A stretch of DNA of 64,000 nt from a virus. Made by a program: the position numbers and the translations under genes. A model generated the notes under the pieces. That model had not been told where the DNA came from. It did no database searches and saw only the letters and a program-made list of their open reading frames with translations. The stretch covers positions 58,998 through 122,997 of IMG/VR virus record IMGVR_UViG_3300018080_008436, one strand, 5' to 3'. Positions 29,926-40,461 of the stretch are shown piece by piece. The stretch's first letter is position 1. Every line of letters starts with the position of its first letter.

Positions 29926-30369
29926 TTACCAGTCGTCTTTGCTGTCGCTCTTAGGATCGCTTTCAGGCTGTCCTACAAAGGGTTTACCCTTCTTATCGAC
30001 CTTGCAATAGGCCAAGATCTGTTCGATGTCTATGGGCTTCGCATTGGGGTTTAAAACGGGGTTCAGATCATCTGTTTTTGGATCGTAATTGCTGATCAAT
30101 GTCGCCAGCATTTGCTCCAACTCATCATCATTCAGATGAGAGCTTGCACTAGCATTGCGCATAGCCTCTATCTGTTGAGCTAAACGACTTTGAGTTGGAC
30201 AGAAAGGTGAGTTACTTTTGCAATAGACAATCGTTCCAAAAAGCATGGCGAATGGGGCGAGGACACAGACGGCAATGCAGAGATACTGAGCACATGTTTT
30301 GACCATGTCTCTAACATCTTTAGATACATCGCTTACAACTTCCCAGAATACTTTTTTATTTTCGCTCAT
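29926..30369 (-). CDS. hypothetical membrane protein
   Basis: Transmembrane helix (LCIAVCVLAPFAMLFGTIVY). Confidence 0.35.
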   Translation of the reverse strand: MSENKKVFWEVVSDVSKDVRDMVKTCAQYLCIAVCVLAPFAMLFGTIVYCKSNSPFCPTQSRLAQQIEAMRNASASSHLNDDELEQMLATLISNYDPKTDDLNPVLNPNAKPIDIEQILAYCKVDKKGKPFVGQPESDPKSDSKDDW

Positions 30370-30680
30370 TTTTTATCGTCCCAGTTATCTTCTTTGGGTT
30401 TGGAGTTTTCGACAATAGTCTTTGGTATGATTGTTTCTCTATAAATGAGATATTGACACCCATCTATTGTTACTTCAAGGATCGGTGCGGTATTTCCAGG
30501 AATCCGATAAATGGTTCTTCCCACTCTCTTCTCTGGAGTACTGGCGAGGTCTTTGTCAGCACCCAAACTCTTGGAATTTTCTTTTTGGACAAGAGAATAT
30601 ATCCCTGCACATCCAATCAATAAAATCAAAAGCGCAAGACATACCTCAATTATCGAGAAAAGATTGGATTTCATCACCAA
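30366..30680 (-). CDS. type IV pilin-like (N-terminal prepilin-type helix) protein
   Basis: MKSNLFSIIEVCLALLILLIGCAG resembles the class III signal / N-terminal pilin helix F-[ST]-LIE-[VL]-x-x-A-L-x-I-L. Confidence 0.45.
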   Translation of the reverse strand: MVMKSNLFSIIEVCLALLILLIGCAGIYSLVQKENSKSLGADKDLASTPEKRVGRTIYRIPGNTAPILEVTIDGCQYLIYRETIIPKTIVENSKPKEDNWDDKK

Positions 30681-31231
30681 CCCTCATTTGTTACGGATTC
30701 CTTGGGCATAGGAAAAGAGATTGCATTATTCGCCTTGAGTGCCTCAAACTGTTCTTTAGAAAGCTCTTGAGGATTTCCAGTAACGCGATCCCAGGTATCG
30801 AAATGAAGCTCTTCAATCAAATCTTTCTCTCGAAGGATGTTGAACTGTTGCCTTGAAAGCTTCTGAGGGTTCCCAGTAAAGACAGACCATTGTTGATACA
30901 AATCACCTGATTGAACTTTAACGGTCTTGCCGATATTCCTCATCTTGGTTTTGATGATAGGGATAGTGGTTTCGCTGAATTTCTTCTTACCTTCGCATAA
31001 GTCCATCAACTCAGGATGAAAAGCTTCGGTCTCATAAACTCCACAGAACTCTTCGATTGAAAGAAGTTTCACATCTTCTTTCAAATCAAGTTGTGTTCTT
31101 GCATGGGAGCAAAAGTTGATATGCCTTGACAAACGAATAGCTCTGGCAAGTGCTGGGACCAGCATCCCTACCAGAATCAAAAGGATCGCAGTAACAACGA
31201 GAAGTTCTGGCAATGTGAATCTTTGTTTCAT
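30674..31231 (-). CDS. type IV pilin/pseudopilin-like protein
   Basis: KQRFTLPELLVVTAILLILVGMLVPAL is pilin-like, but R replaces the usual G before F. Confidence 0.45.
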   Translation of the reverse strand: MKQRFTLPELLVVTAILLILVGMLVPALARAIRLSRHINFCSHARTQLDLKEDVKLLSIEEFCGVYETEAFHPELMDLCEGKKKFSETTIPIIKTKMRNIGKTVKVQSGDLYQQWSVFTGNPQKLSRQQFNILREKDLIEELHFDTWDRVTGNPQELSKEQFEALKANNAISFPMPKESVTNEGW

Positions 31232-31294
31232 GATATCCTCCTAAAGAAAATCCCTGCCCCCGAAGAGGCAGGGATTCAGATGCTTCAACGGGGT

Positions 31295-32677
31295 TTACTT
31301 TTGGGGAGTCGCAACAGGAGTCGCTTCTGGAGTATCGCCGTAGTTGTTTTTGGAGTTGTAGGTTGGGATCTTGTTAATTGGAGTCTTGTCCAACAAGCCC
31401 ATCCCTTCCAACAGCTTCAGATTGATCAGATTGGTTGTCATACCGCCCTGTGATCCGCCTGTAGTACCTCCATTACCGCCGATGGTAACGCCTGGAACTT
31501 TGATATTGGAAAGATGTTCTGCAATTCCGATATCACGTTCTTTGGCAATCTCAGCAAGAATCTTTTCCTGCTCGGTGATAGCGCCAGCTTTCTGAATCTT
31601 TTCCTCTTCAGCCGCCGCCAACTCACGAATTGCTTCAGCATCAAGCTTGGCCGCTTCCAGTTTTAACTGAGCGACATCCACTTCCTGCTGTGCTTCGATC
31701 TTGGCCTTGAGTGCAACCTGCTCAGCTTCCAGAGCCGCTTCTTTCGCAACGGCGACCTTCTGCTGTGCTTCGATCTCAGCCATTTCCTTTTCCTTCTCAG
31801 CCTTAATGACAGCTTCGGCCTTCTCGACATTGGCTTTAGCCTCCATCTCAGCTTTCTCACGCAATCCCTTCTCTTCGACCATCAGGCGCTGTTGAACTTC
31901 CTGTACACGCTCAGCCTTGGACTGCTCTGCCAACAGTGAAGACTTTTTCTTCGCCGCAAACAGTTCGCGAGTCTGTGGATCATACTCAACTCCTGTAATG
32001 GAGAACTGAGTGATCGTAATGCCATACTGCTCCAACGGAGATTCTTTGGCGATCAATGGTACGCCGTTGTCATCCTTGACAATATTGGTGACGTAAACGG
32101 TAATTGCCTTACCGCTTTCATCTGTTTCGTCAACCTGCTGAACCGCTTCCTTACGCATCTGGTAAAGACCATTGTCCAACTGCTCTCGAACAGTCTGGTC
32201 AAACTCCGTCTTACGGGCCGACTGATGTTCGGAGGACTGCATCATTGGGGCGGTATTCTTCAAACAGTTAATAAGGTGGGAACGGCATGCCGACTTAATG
32301 TTATCGGGATTACCGCTGAACTGTTTGTTGAATTCGATACGTTTGGCTTCATCCGTAGGCAACTCAATACGGGCGTAACATGATACGTCTGCCTGACCAC
32401 CATCGTTGAAGGTAATACGAATCGACTCATCTTTGACTCCACCTTCTTCAACTGACTGGGAGAAGTAGTAGTCTTCGAACTTGTTCCATTCCCAGGTAGT
32501 GGCGAAGAAGTTCCAGTAATAACCGCCTCGGTCGATCACGCTCAGATCACCGCCAATCGTCTGCTTGACGACGAACTTGGTGTTTTCGTTGTAACCAAAC
32601 AACTGGGTTAAAATTGTGAGTGAGATGACGGCGACGATTCCTACGAATGCGAGTTTTACTTTTGTTGCGTTTGTCAT
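31295..32677 (-). CDS. SPFH (band-7)/flotillin-like membrane protein
   Basis: N-terminal transmembrane helix, an SPFH core (ITGVEYDPQTRELFAAKK...), then a long Ala/Glu/Lys coiled coil typical of flotillin/YqiK. Confidence 0.7.
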   Translation of the reverse strand: MTNATKVKLAFVGIVAVISLTILTQLFGYNENTKFVVKQTIGGDLSVIDRGGYYWNFFATTWEWNKFEDYYFSQSVEEGGVKDESIRITFNDGGQADVSCYARIELPTDEAKRIEFNKQFSGNPDNIKSACRSHLINCLKNTAPMMQSSEHQSARKTEFDQTVREQLDNGLYQMRKEAVQQVDETDESGKAITVYVTNIVKDDNGVPLIAKESPLEQYGITITQFSITGVEYDPQTRELFAAKKKSSLLAEQSKAERVQEVQQRLMVEEKGLREKAEMEAKANVEKAEAVIKAEKEKEMAEIEAQQKVAVAKEAALEAEQVALKAKIEAQQEVDVAQLKLEAAKLDAEAIRELAAAEEEKIQKAGAITEQEKILAEIAKERDIGIAEHLSNIKVPGVTIGGNGGTTGGSQGGMTTNLINLKLLEGMGLLDKTPINKIPTYNSKNNYGDTPEATPVATPQK

Positions 32678-32717
32678 TGGTGCTTTCCTTTGACTTGTTT
32701 TTGTTTACAACAGTGAG

Positions 32718-33059
32718 TTACTTTTCTTCAACAGCCTCTTCGGCTTCGTCCAACTCATTCTCAATAGCCGCTTTTGTGGCTACTTCTCTTGAGAAGGACT
32801 TAATCTGATCATTTTCCTCCTGTAGTTTGTTTGTTACCTTTTCGTTTTGTTCGACTCGTTCATCAAGAGCTTCAAAAGCCCTCTTTCCATCATTGCAAAG
32901 ACTCTCTGTGCTCTTCTTGGGATGAGGGGAACAGAGATCATTGGCGAATTGATCAATCGCCTCGCTTGTAAAGATCTTCTTGTAAAGAAGGGTTACAAAT
33001 GCGAGAACGAGAGATACGACTGCAAGGACTGCAATTAGCGTTACGAGTTTGACGATCAT
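32718..33059 (-). CDS. small membrane protein
   Basis: N-terminal transmembrane helix (IVKLVTLIAVLAVVSLVLAFVTLLY). Confidence 0.35.
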   Translation of the reverse strand: MIVKLVTLIAVLAVVSLVLAFVTLLYKKIFTSEAIDQFANDLCSPHPKKSTESLCNDGKRAFEALDERVEQNEKVTNKLQEENDQIKSFSREVATKAAIENELDEAEEAVEEK

Positions 33060-33138
33060 GTTTGATCTCCTGATTAATTAAATTATGAGACTAATATAGA
33101 TCGTCTTTAATGGATGTCAAGCGGTTTTATAGAAAAAT

Positions 33139-34212
33139 CTAGGCTTTATGGCCATTTTTTTCTTTAATAGGGTTGGCCTTCAAAGCTTCATAGTCAGCTT
33201 TATACATGATTTCAACGAGTTCATTGAACTTCACTTTCGGTTCCCATCCCAAAACTTTCTTTGCCTTGGAGTAATCTCCCAAAAGTAGATCCACTTCAGC
33301 AGGTCGATAATACCTTGGATCAATCTGAACTAGTGCATCTCCGCTCTTACTGAAACCAACTTCTTGCTGACCCTCGCCTTCCCATTTCAATGGCATCTCT
33401 GCCAAATCGAAAGCGATATCAACAAATTCCTTAATAGAATGTGTTTCATTTGTTGCTACGACATAATCATCTGGCTTATCCTGTTGCAACATCAACCACA
33501 TTGCTTCAACAAAATCTGGTGCATATCCCCAATCTCTTCTAGAATACATATTGCCAAGATACAAACAATCTTGCATTCCAAGCTTAATAGATGCCACGGC
33601 CCTGGTGATCTTTCTTGTAACGAAAGTTTCTCCTCTTCTAGGAGATTCATGGTTAAAAAGTATCCCGTTGCTTCCATAAATCCCATAGGACTCTCTGTAG
33701 TTCATTGTAATTGAGAACCCAAACTGTTTTGCAACACCATATGGGGATCTTGGATGAAACCTTGTCAACTCAGTTTGTGGACTCTCATAAGGAATACCGA
33801 ATAACTCTGACGAAGACGCTTGATAGAACTTACACTCAGGGCAAAAGGATCTGATCGCTTCCAGTAATCTCAAAACTCCCAATCCCGTTACATCCGCTGT
33901 GTATTCTGGCTTGTCAAATGACACCCTTACATGACTCATTGCCGCAAGGTTATAACACTCGGTTGGCCTTACCTTTTGAACGATTCTATTCAAACTGTTC
34001 GCATCTGATAAATCACCATAATGAAGATGTAAATTTACATGTCTGTCATGAGGGTCTTGATAAATGTGATCGATTCTCTCTGTGTTGAATGAACTGGATC
34101 TTCTTATGACTCCATGCACTTCATATCCCTTATTCAAAAGTAGTTCTGCTAGATATGAACCATCTTGTCCTGTTATCCCTGTTACCAGTGCGATTTTCTT
34201 TGATTTAGCCAT
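33139..34212 (-). CDS. gmd: GDP-mannose 4,6-dehydratase
   Basis: [46 protein letters not shown]...[14 protein letters not shown] is a textbook GMD signature. Confidence 0.9.
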   Translation of the reverse strand: MAKSKKIALVTGITGQDGSYLAELLLNKGYEVHGVIRRSSSFNTERIDHIYQDPHDRHVNLHLHYGDLSDANSLNRIVQKVRPTECYNLAAMSHVRVSFDKPEYTADVTGLGVLRLLEAIRSFCPECKFYQASSSELFGIPYESPQTELTRFHPRSPYGVAKQFGFSITMNYRESYGIYGSNGILFNHESPRRGETFVTRKITRAVASIKLGMQDCLYLGNMYSRRDWGYAPDFVEAMWLMLQQDKPDDYVVATNETHSIKEFVDIAFDLAEMPLKWEGEGQQEVGFSKSGDALVQIDPRYYRPAEVDLLLGDYSKAKKVLGWEPKVKFNELVEIMYKADYEALKANPIKEKNGHKA

Positions 34213-34287
34213 TATGAAATTCTCCTATGTTATTGAACGTATTATACATCACAAAACAAAGGATTTACAAATTTTTGATATGAATTA

Positions 34288-34752
34288 ATGAGTGTAACGG
34301 GAGGCTTTGGAATGAAAAAGAAAAAGAACAAAAAAAGTAAATTCTGGTGCATCCTCGGCAATTCATTACTCTATGCCGTAATAGTTATCACATCTATTAT
34401 CGTTTATGACAAAGTGAGGTTCGGGGAAGCTGAAGAACCAGTTGCTGAAGAAACAGCACCAACAATTGAAGAAGCAACAGATCATACAATTGATGAGTTA
34501 GATCTAAAGAAACTTGATCTGAAAGCACTAGTAACCAAAGAACCTGAACCACTTCGCATGAGATATTCTCTTTGCCCTGCTGGATCGACAGTATTCAAAA
34601 TGAACCATGAAACTGGAGAAGTGTACTTCTTCTCTGGAGGGATGTTCCTTCCAATACAGACAATCTCTCATGCCCAGATCTATGGAATCATCCCTCAGTT
34701 AGAGAAGGAATTGAAAGAGAAGCAGGAAGCACTCAAACCTAAGGCTGAGTAA
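34288..34752 (+). CDS. hypothetical membrane-anchored protein
   Basis: Plus-strand ORF filling the gap between gmd and thyX, with an N-terminal transmembrane helix (FWCILGNSLLYAVIVITSIIVY). Confidence 0.4.
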   Translation: MSVTGGFGMKKKKNKKSKFWCILGNSLLYAVIVITSIIVYDKVRFGEAEEPVAEETAPTIEEATDHTIDELDLKKLDLKALVTKEPEPLRMRYSLCPAGSTVFKMNHETGEVYFFSGGMFLPIQTISHAQIYGIIPQLEKELKEKQEALKPKAE

Positions 34753-35515
34753 ACTTACCATCAGGCCCCCTGACGTTGTAATATCTCTTCCCGTCAGGTT
34801 TGGTGCCATAAGTTGCTTCCTCAATAGCCTCAAAACGCTCTATGATACCCCACTTGGCTTCATAGACAGTTGGAACAATGGGTTTGATCAACTGCTTTAA
34901 AGCCTCGGCATATTGAACCATTTCCCACTGAGCGCCCTCATGACTTCTCAGATTGATGAAATGGATCAAGTTGTGCAAATCAACTGTTGCGTAAAATGTA
35001 ACCATCATGTTCTGAGGCAACACTCCCCTGGCTTGCTCTCTGGCAACCCCTTCGTCAAGAAGATTCTGATAAAGCTTGAGGCACCCAATATTGTGCTTGG
35101 CCATAATGCTTTTTATATGCTCTTCGTGATCTTCTCCCTCTCCAAATCCATCTACTGATGCCTGTCTATTGATCTTCGCTTGTCCTCGGATTTTTGGGGG
35201 AACATAGAACTGCAAATCAAATTCTGTGTATCTTCTAGAGATTTCATTGTAAGACCAAGTTCTGTGTCTATGCCACTGTCCTCTAATGAACAAAGGGCAA
35301 TGTACCAAGAAAGTGAACTCGACATGTTCAAGAGGACTCGTATGCTGATTGTTAATTAGATACCGAATCAGCACTCTGTCTTTTTCTTCGATAGCGTCAA
35401 CCCTTTTCCCGAATGAAACCCTTGCGGCATTCACAATCCTGGTCTCGTCCCCCATAAAATCAATCAAACGAACGTACCCCTGTCCACCCAATACTTCAAC
35501 AACTTTAGAATCCAT
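34739..35515 (-). CDS. thyX: flavin-dependent thymidylate synthase ThyX
   Basis: ThyX signature RHRX7S (QWHRHRTWSYNEISRRY), plus SPLEH. Confidence 0.85.
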   Translation of the reverse strand: MDSKVVEVLGGQGYVRLIDFMGDETRIVNAARVSFGKRVDAIEEKDRVLIRYLINNQHTSPLEHVEFTFLVHCPLFIRGQWHRHRTWSYNEISRRYTEFDLQFYVPPKIRGQAKINRQASVDGFGEGEDHEEHIKSIMAKHNIGCLKLYQNLLDEGVAREQARGVLPQNMMVTFYATVDLHNLIHFINLRSHEGAQWEMVQYAEALKQLIKPIVPTVYEAKWGIIERFEAIEEATYGTKPDGKRYYNVRGPDGKFTQP

Positions 35516-36401
35516 AGTCTTCTTCCTCTTTAAATAAGTCTAGCACTTCAATTGGCTCAATAAATTTCTCGAAATGTTCTTTAAAGTCAATAATGTTCTC
35601 AAGTAAATCTTTTCTATCACCCAAAACAATATATGCCACATCAATTCTAGTAGCTATTGTAAAATTAGCCATTCCTTGCTCTGGGTGGTAACCATACGAG
35701 GAAACACTTTGCGAACTGTTCGCGATCAAAACAACATCTGGTTTAGGAATCATACCTTCTGTAAACAGCAACGACTGTGCAACAGCCTTTTGCATTGATG
35801 TCTTCTTTGCATCTTCTCGCAAAACATCCAATGGCCTAACATTATTTGTTGAGAATGTATAGTATTCAGGTTCCCCCTGCATAAAAGTTCTATAAGATAA
35901 TTGCTCATATGTTTCAGCATCTTCCAAATGAAAAGCAACCACTGGATAGTCCTTCATCTCCAAACGGAAAGCGTTTTTATCTGCGGCCCTTTTCATTCTC
36001 TTAACAGCAACCTCATGATACCCTTTCATGCTATCACTGAGCTTCTTCTCAACCAACCTGTCAATAGCTTGTCCAACCATCCTCTCAATACCACCAGAAG
36101 TTTGAAGCATTTCAATGACCCCTTCAATGTGAGGGTGAGAGATCTCTTTTACTTCCTCCCTTTTTTCATGCTTGGCCTTATTGACAGCACAAATAAGATC
36201 TTTTTTGGCCTCAAAAACCTGTTCGGAAATAGCGTCTTGAAGTTCCACTTTAGCTTTGGATAATTCTTGTTGTTTATATTCCTCAACTTCTCTAATAGCT
36301 TTGGCCTTTTCTCTCTCGATGTGATCTTTTACCATTTTGTCAACAAAATCAAACATCTTCTTCCTCGCTCTCATCGTATTCAGAGTCCATGATTTCATCA
36401 T
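35505..36401 (-). CDS. hypothetical protein
   Basis: 298-aa ORF. Confidence 0.4.
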   Translation of the reverse strand: MMKSWTLNTMRARKKMFDFVDKMVKDHIEREKAKAIREVEEYKQQELSKAKVELQDAISEQVFEAKKDLICAVNKAKHEKREEVKEISHPHIEGVIEMLQTSGGIERMVGQAIDRLVEKKLSDSMKGYHEVAVKRMKRAADKNAFRLEMKDYPVVAFHLEDAETYEQLSYRTFMQGEPEYYTFSTNNVRPLDVLREDAKKTSMQKAVAQSLLFTEGMIPKPDVVLIANSSQSVSSYGYHPEQGMANFTIATRIDVAYIVLGDRKDLLENIIDFKEHFEKFIEPIEVLDLFKEEEDYGF

Positions 36402-37152
36402 TGAAACCGCCGATCAGCATCTCTTCCTTCTCACTCAGTTCCTTTTCTTTTTCTTCTGAGCTTTTAGAAAAACCCGAAATGGTGTAGAAAGAATAATTAG
36501 CAACAATTTCAAGATCTGTACTCTTCTGTGACCCTCCCCAACTTTGCCATTTGGAAAATACAGAGTTCTTGATCTCCATAGTCATGAGATCAGCCCCCAT
36601 CTTCCCTCCCAACTTTAAACCACGTTTAATCGCTTCATTACGCAAAGCTCTCCGAACAGAGTCTTTGAAAGTCTCTTTATTGCCACTACCCTGATAGTTT
36701 TCTTTAAGAACAATGCTTGCGACTTTTATAAAAGTGTAGTCATACTTTTCCAACTCTTCTGTAGTTTCCACAAAAATTGGATTGGTCGAAAAACTCTGAG
36801 TTTCCACATACTCATTGAAGCACTTCTTGAATATCTCTGCCAGATCTTGAGACTCACACTCCCTGATGAAATCAGCCTTAAGACGGTCAAGGTTCGCATC
36901 AACAAACTCTTCGAACTCATCACGACAAGTCCTGAACTTTTCCTGAGTAATCCTTGTGTAAGTATCACAATGAGTTTCAAGTGCCTGCTGACTGGACATT
37001 ATCTTTAACTCAATCTCTTCTTCCATCTTCTTGGTGCGTTTCTGGAAGAATTCATCAATTTTTTCATCGAACCAGTTGAACATATTAATTACCTTGTGTT
37101 TGGATGTATCTAGAGATATTGATCTTGTTTTCTTTAGCCCATTCGGAGACAT
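36349..37152 (-). CDS. hypothetical protein with acidic C-terminus
   Basis: 267-aa ORF. Confidence 0.4.
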   Translation of the reverse strand: MSPNGLKKTRSISLDTSKHKVINMFNWFDEKIDEFFQKRTKKMEEEIELKIMSSQQALETHCDTYTRITQEKFRTCRDEFEEFVDANLDRLKADFIRECESQDLAEIFKKCFNEYVETQSFSTNPIFVETTEELEKYDYTFIKVASIVLKENYQGSGNKETFKDSVRRALRNEAIKRGLKLGGKMGADLMTMEIKNSVFSKWQSWGGSQKSTDLEIVANYSFYTISGFSKSSEEKEKELSEKEEMLIGGFNDEIMDSEYDESEEEDV

Positions 37153-38515
37153 ATTTCATCTCTGAACGTTGGATTAGCTGATTACAAGCTCCACGAATCT
37201 GGACTACCGTTCTATTCCCTCGCTTATATTCTATAGTGGCAATAGTTTGGGTAAGTTCATCATCTGTATAAATGCGAAGAGAAAAAATTGAGACCTCGCC
37301 ATTTGCACACTTACGAGCATAGCTACCAACACAATGATGCATATCCTTCCCTTCATCCTTCAAACCTTCGCGAGTAGTAATTTCCACAATCCTACGCTCT
37401 TTGTCGCTATCTCCCTTCTCAAAGATCTTCTTAGAATAGGGTTTGACAGTTGAAGGATTCCAGAAAGGAGGGATGTTGTCTCTACGAACAGTACGACGAG
37501 TGTTGAGTTCTCTATGCCACCCTTCCACTAATGCCAAAAGGTTGTCAGGATTACGACCTTTGAAAGAGAAATCTGGTTGAAGTGGAGGGAGTCGATGATA
37601 TTCCCCTTGAAGGTACTGAGTTCGATCACGAAATTTAATATCCACAACATAATCATAGATTTCTCTATACTTGTCGTTGCTAAGGAATGGATTGTTTGCA
37701 AAGAAGAAGAACATGGTAATCCAAAATTCCTCTCTAACACCAACTGGAATTCCAAGAGACATGATCCCGTTGATTACTCGCTCTTCAAAACCAAGACCCT
37801 TTAACTGTGCCCAACGAAAAGACTCATCCAGAGTGAAAGAATGAGGAGCCGAGTTTAAACAATGAGCTTGCTTCTTGCTTAATGGGATTGGTAAATCCTT
37901 CTGCTTCCGAATGTTCTGGCCCCAACCTACGTTAAGATACCACTTCTTCTGAATCTTGAATAACTTTTTGTTAGTGGCCTTGTTATCCCAGATCTTGTTG
38001 AGGCAGTAAGGGACCTCATAAAGCAAAGTGAGAAACTGTGCCAACTTGTAAACGTTATCTTTTGCAGGAACTTTCGGCTCAGGAACGAAGTCTTCAGGTT
38101 CTTTGATCCAGGTATCCTTACAGGATGCCAAATTCACAAGGATAGTCAAAATCTGAACATTCTTCAAAGGAACGCCCTGAAGATTGTCAAAACCATCAAC
38201 CCCACCACCTTCGTATCTTTCTTCATGATATTGGAGTAAGCGGAATCGTTTGGCAACAGTAATGAGTCTATTCAAAGCACGACACTCTGACTCTGTCAGA
38301 TACTTGTCTAAAATAGCTTCACGAACATATCGAACCTCTGGATGATCATCCATTGTAGGATAAAACCCAAAACAGACAGCCCTAAGCTTCTCGTAAAACA
38401 CATTGACTGGTTTGCGTTTTGGCTTGTTATAAAGCCGAACCTTACGCTCATGTTTGCGAATCTGGGCAATTTCTTGCTTATGTCGTTTGATTTTTTTGTT
38501 GCTATTCTTAGCCAT
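37085..38515 (-). CDS. hypothetical protein, possibly PcfJ-like
   Basis: Basic N-terminus and a C-terminal HHCVGSYARKCANGEVSIFSL motif reminiscent of PcfJ-domain proteins. This assignment is tentative. Confidence 0.35.
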   Translation of the reverse strand: MAKNSNKKIKRHKQEIAQIRKHERKVRLYNKPKRKPVNVFYEKLRAVCFGFYPTMDDHPEVRYVREAILDKYLTESECRALNRLITVAKRFRLLQYHEERYEGGGVDGFDNLQGVPLKNVQILTILVNLASCKDTWIKEPEDFVPEPKVPAKDNVYKLAQFLTLLYEVPYCLNKIWDNKATNKKLFKIQKKWYLNVGWGQNIRKQKDLPIPLSKKQAHCLNSAPHSFTLDESFRWAQLKGLGFEERVINGIMSLGIPVGVREEFWITMFFFFANNPFLSNDKYREIYDYVVDIKFRDRTQYLQGEYHRLPPLQPDFSFKGRNPDNLLALVEGWHRELNTRRTVRRDNIPPFWNPSTVKPYSKKIFEKGDSDKERRIVEITTREGLKDEGKDMHHCVGSYARKCANGEVSIFSLRIYTDDELTQTIATIEYKRGNRTVVQIRGACNQLIQRSEMKYVSEWAKENKINISRYIQTQGN

Positions 38516-38612
38516 ACTCTACCTCTTACTACCTTAAAATAGCTTGGGTACAGGAAAAATCAAGCTCTTTTAGAAGAAATATTTCAGGGATGTATAATAG
38601 TGGAAAATAAAA

Positions 38613-39158
38613 ATGGTTCATTTTAGAATGGAAAAGAAATATATTACAGTATTCTTAACTGGTTTACCCTGTTCTGGCAAGACAACTATTGCAAAACAAT
38701 TCATCAAAAAATGGAATGGCCTCATAACTGATCAGAAGTTTGCCCCAATTCCACTAGATGGAGATCATCTTAGATCTGGCTTAACAAGTCATCTAGGTTT
38801 CTCTCCCGAAGATCGAGCAGAAAATATGAGAATTGTAGGACATCTTGCCCAATTAATTAACGATATGCAAATGAACGTTATTTGCTCATTCGTCTCTCCT
38901 ACCGAAGCTCTACGTCAAAAGGCCCTAGACAGCATTAAAAACCCTCATGTGGTCTATGTAAAATGCTCTGCGGATAAATGCGCAGAAAGAGACGTTAAAG
39001 GTATGTGGAAACTGGCCAAAGAAGGGGAAATAGAAATGTTCACAGGTTACTCTGCTCCTTATGAAGAGCCAAAGGATGTTGATTTGGTTCTTGACACTGA
39101 GAAACTATCTCTGGAAGAATGCGTTGACCTTCTGATGGATTCTATGTTGAAGTTCTAA
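38613..39158 (+). CDS. cysC: adenylyl-sulfate (APS) kinase
   Basis: P-loop GLPCSGKTT; LDGDHLRSGLTSHLGFSPEDRAENMRIVGHLAQL; FVSP; ERDVKGMWKLAKEGEIEMFTGYSAPYEEP. These align closely with CysC. Confidence 0.85.
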   Translation: MVHFRMEKKYITVFLTGLPCSGKTTIAKQFIKKWNGLITDQKFAPIPLDGDHLRSGLTSHLGFSPEDRAENMRIVGHLAQLINDMQMNVICSFVSPTEALRQKALDSIKNPHVVYVKCSADKCAERDVKGMWKLAKEGEIEMFTGYSAPYEEPKDVDLVLDTEKLSLEECVDLLMDSMLKF

Positions 39159-39355
39159 TAAATAGGGGTGCTATCAACTGAAATCCACGTTTTCTTTTCA
39201 TTATCTTCATCTTGATGATAACGAATAGATACACTTCTTTTGATCTTTACGTTATTCCCTTTGATTGGAGTGTCTTTAGGGATATCTTTTAAAGCTTTTA
39301 CGATATCCCCAACCGTCTTGCAATCTTTTGTTGGCTTCCAACATATAGTTCCCAT
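39155..39355 (-). CDS. hypothetical small protein
   Basis: 66-aa ORF. Confidence 0.3.
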   Translation of the reverse strand: MGTICWKPTKDCKTVGDIVKALKDIPKDTPIKGNNVKIKRSVSIRYHQDEDNEKKTWISVDSTPIY

Positions 39356-39365
39356 AATTCACCTC

Positions 39366-40391
39366 CTAGAACGTACCATCTATAATGTTTACAAAATGCT
39401 TTCTAATAAAAGAAGCACATGCGTTATTGATCGTTTTGTTAACTCGTTTTTCTTCACTCTTTTCGAGTTTCTCAAAAATAGTGGATTCATCTTTCAGCAT
39501 ATCTTTTCGAACATCCTGAGCAAAGGCCCCCATGAGTTTTCCGAATTCTTTCTGACTGATCTCTCCAATATGAGACAGAACATTTCTTAGTCTGTTTTCT
39601 GTAATGTATTCGTCAGCAACTTGAGTTACTCTTTGGGCCTCTTCAGAAACCACTACAGGTTTTCTTTCTTTAGGAACTCTTTTCCTTTCTGTGAACTTTT
39701 CATTCTTTGATTTAAGAATGACTCTTGATCCACAAGGGTCACAAATAGAAACCAAAGGCTTGAGGACATTCCCCTCGCAGATGTTACCCTCAATCTCTGG
39801 AAGACCATAATGCTTATAAGTCGGATCTGGATAATCATTAGGATAGTCCAAGCACTCTTCAAATGTTCCAACATGCAAAGCTTTGGCGTAAAGGGTGAAT
39901 CCAGCTTCATCCATTACTTTAACAAAATTATCATAGCTCATAGGAGTGCTCTTCTCTCCCCTAATGTAGATATCAAATGGAAAGAAATCAACGTCTGGAC
40001 AGTACCAAACCTTGTTCTGAACCATCTTTACGCCTTGAACAGGCTCTACATCTGGATGAGGATATCTTCCACCAAACAGCTCCCCATAAATCTGAACAGT
40101 AGTGTCCTCATCCAGATTAAACATGTTAAGGATAATCTCCCTAGCCAAATTGACCCTTACTAGGTAACGATTTCTCACCTTCTGGAAGTTGAAAAAGTTT
40201 TCGTCTTCTGACAGCCAGCTTGTTCTTTTTGAGCACTTGACTCCATTACTATCAGCATACATTGAAAAATTAGCACCATGGATCTTAGTTGTAACGATCC
40301 AGGGATTTGCGGTATAACCACGGGTTACGTAGCTATCAATGGTTTTCTTTCTGTCAGAGTTGTCAATCTCGGTGTACTTCCTGAAATTCAT
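39366..40391 (-). CDS. RNA ligase, T4 Rnl2 family
   Basis: MNFRKYTEIDNS...WIVTTKIHGANFSM carries the KxHG nucleotidyltransferase motif I and is collinear with T4 Rnl2 (MFKKYSSLENH...VAREKIHGTNFSL). Confidence 0.85.
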   Translation of the reverse strand: MNFRKYTEIDNSDRKKTIDSYVTRGYTANPWIVTTKIHGANFSMYADSNGVKCSKRTSWLSEDENFFNFQKVRNRYLVRVNLAREIILNMFNLDEDTTVQIYGELFGGRYPHPDVEPVQGVKMVQNKVWYCPDVDFFPFDIYIRGEKSTPMSYDNFVKVMDEAGFTLYAKALHVGTFEECLDYPNDYPDPTYKHYGLPEIEGNICEGNVLKPLVSICDPCGSRVILKSKNEKFTERKRVPKERKPVVVSEEAQRVTQVADEYITENRLRNVLSHIGEISQKEFGKLMGAFAQDVRKDMLKDESTIFEKLEKSEEKRVNKTINNACASFIRKHFVNIIDGTF

Positions 40392-40461
40392 ATCCCACCC
40401 TCCTTGATAATGTTAGAAACATTATAAAGAGAATGGGGCGGAATTCAAGACAAAAAGAAAA

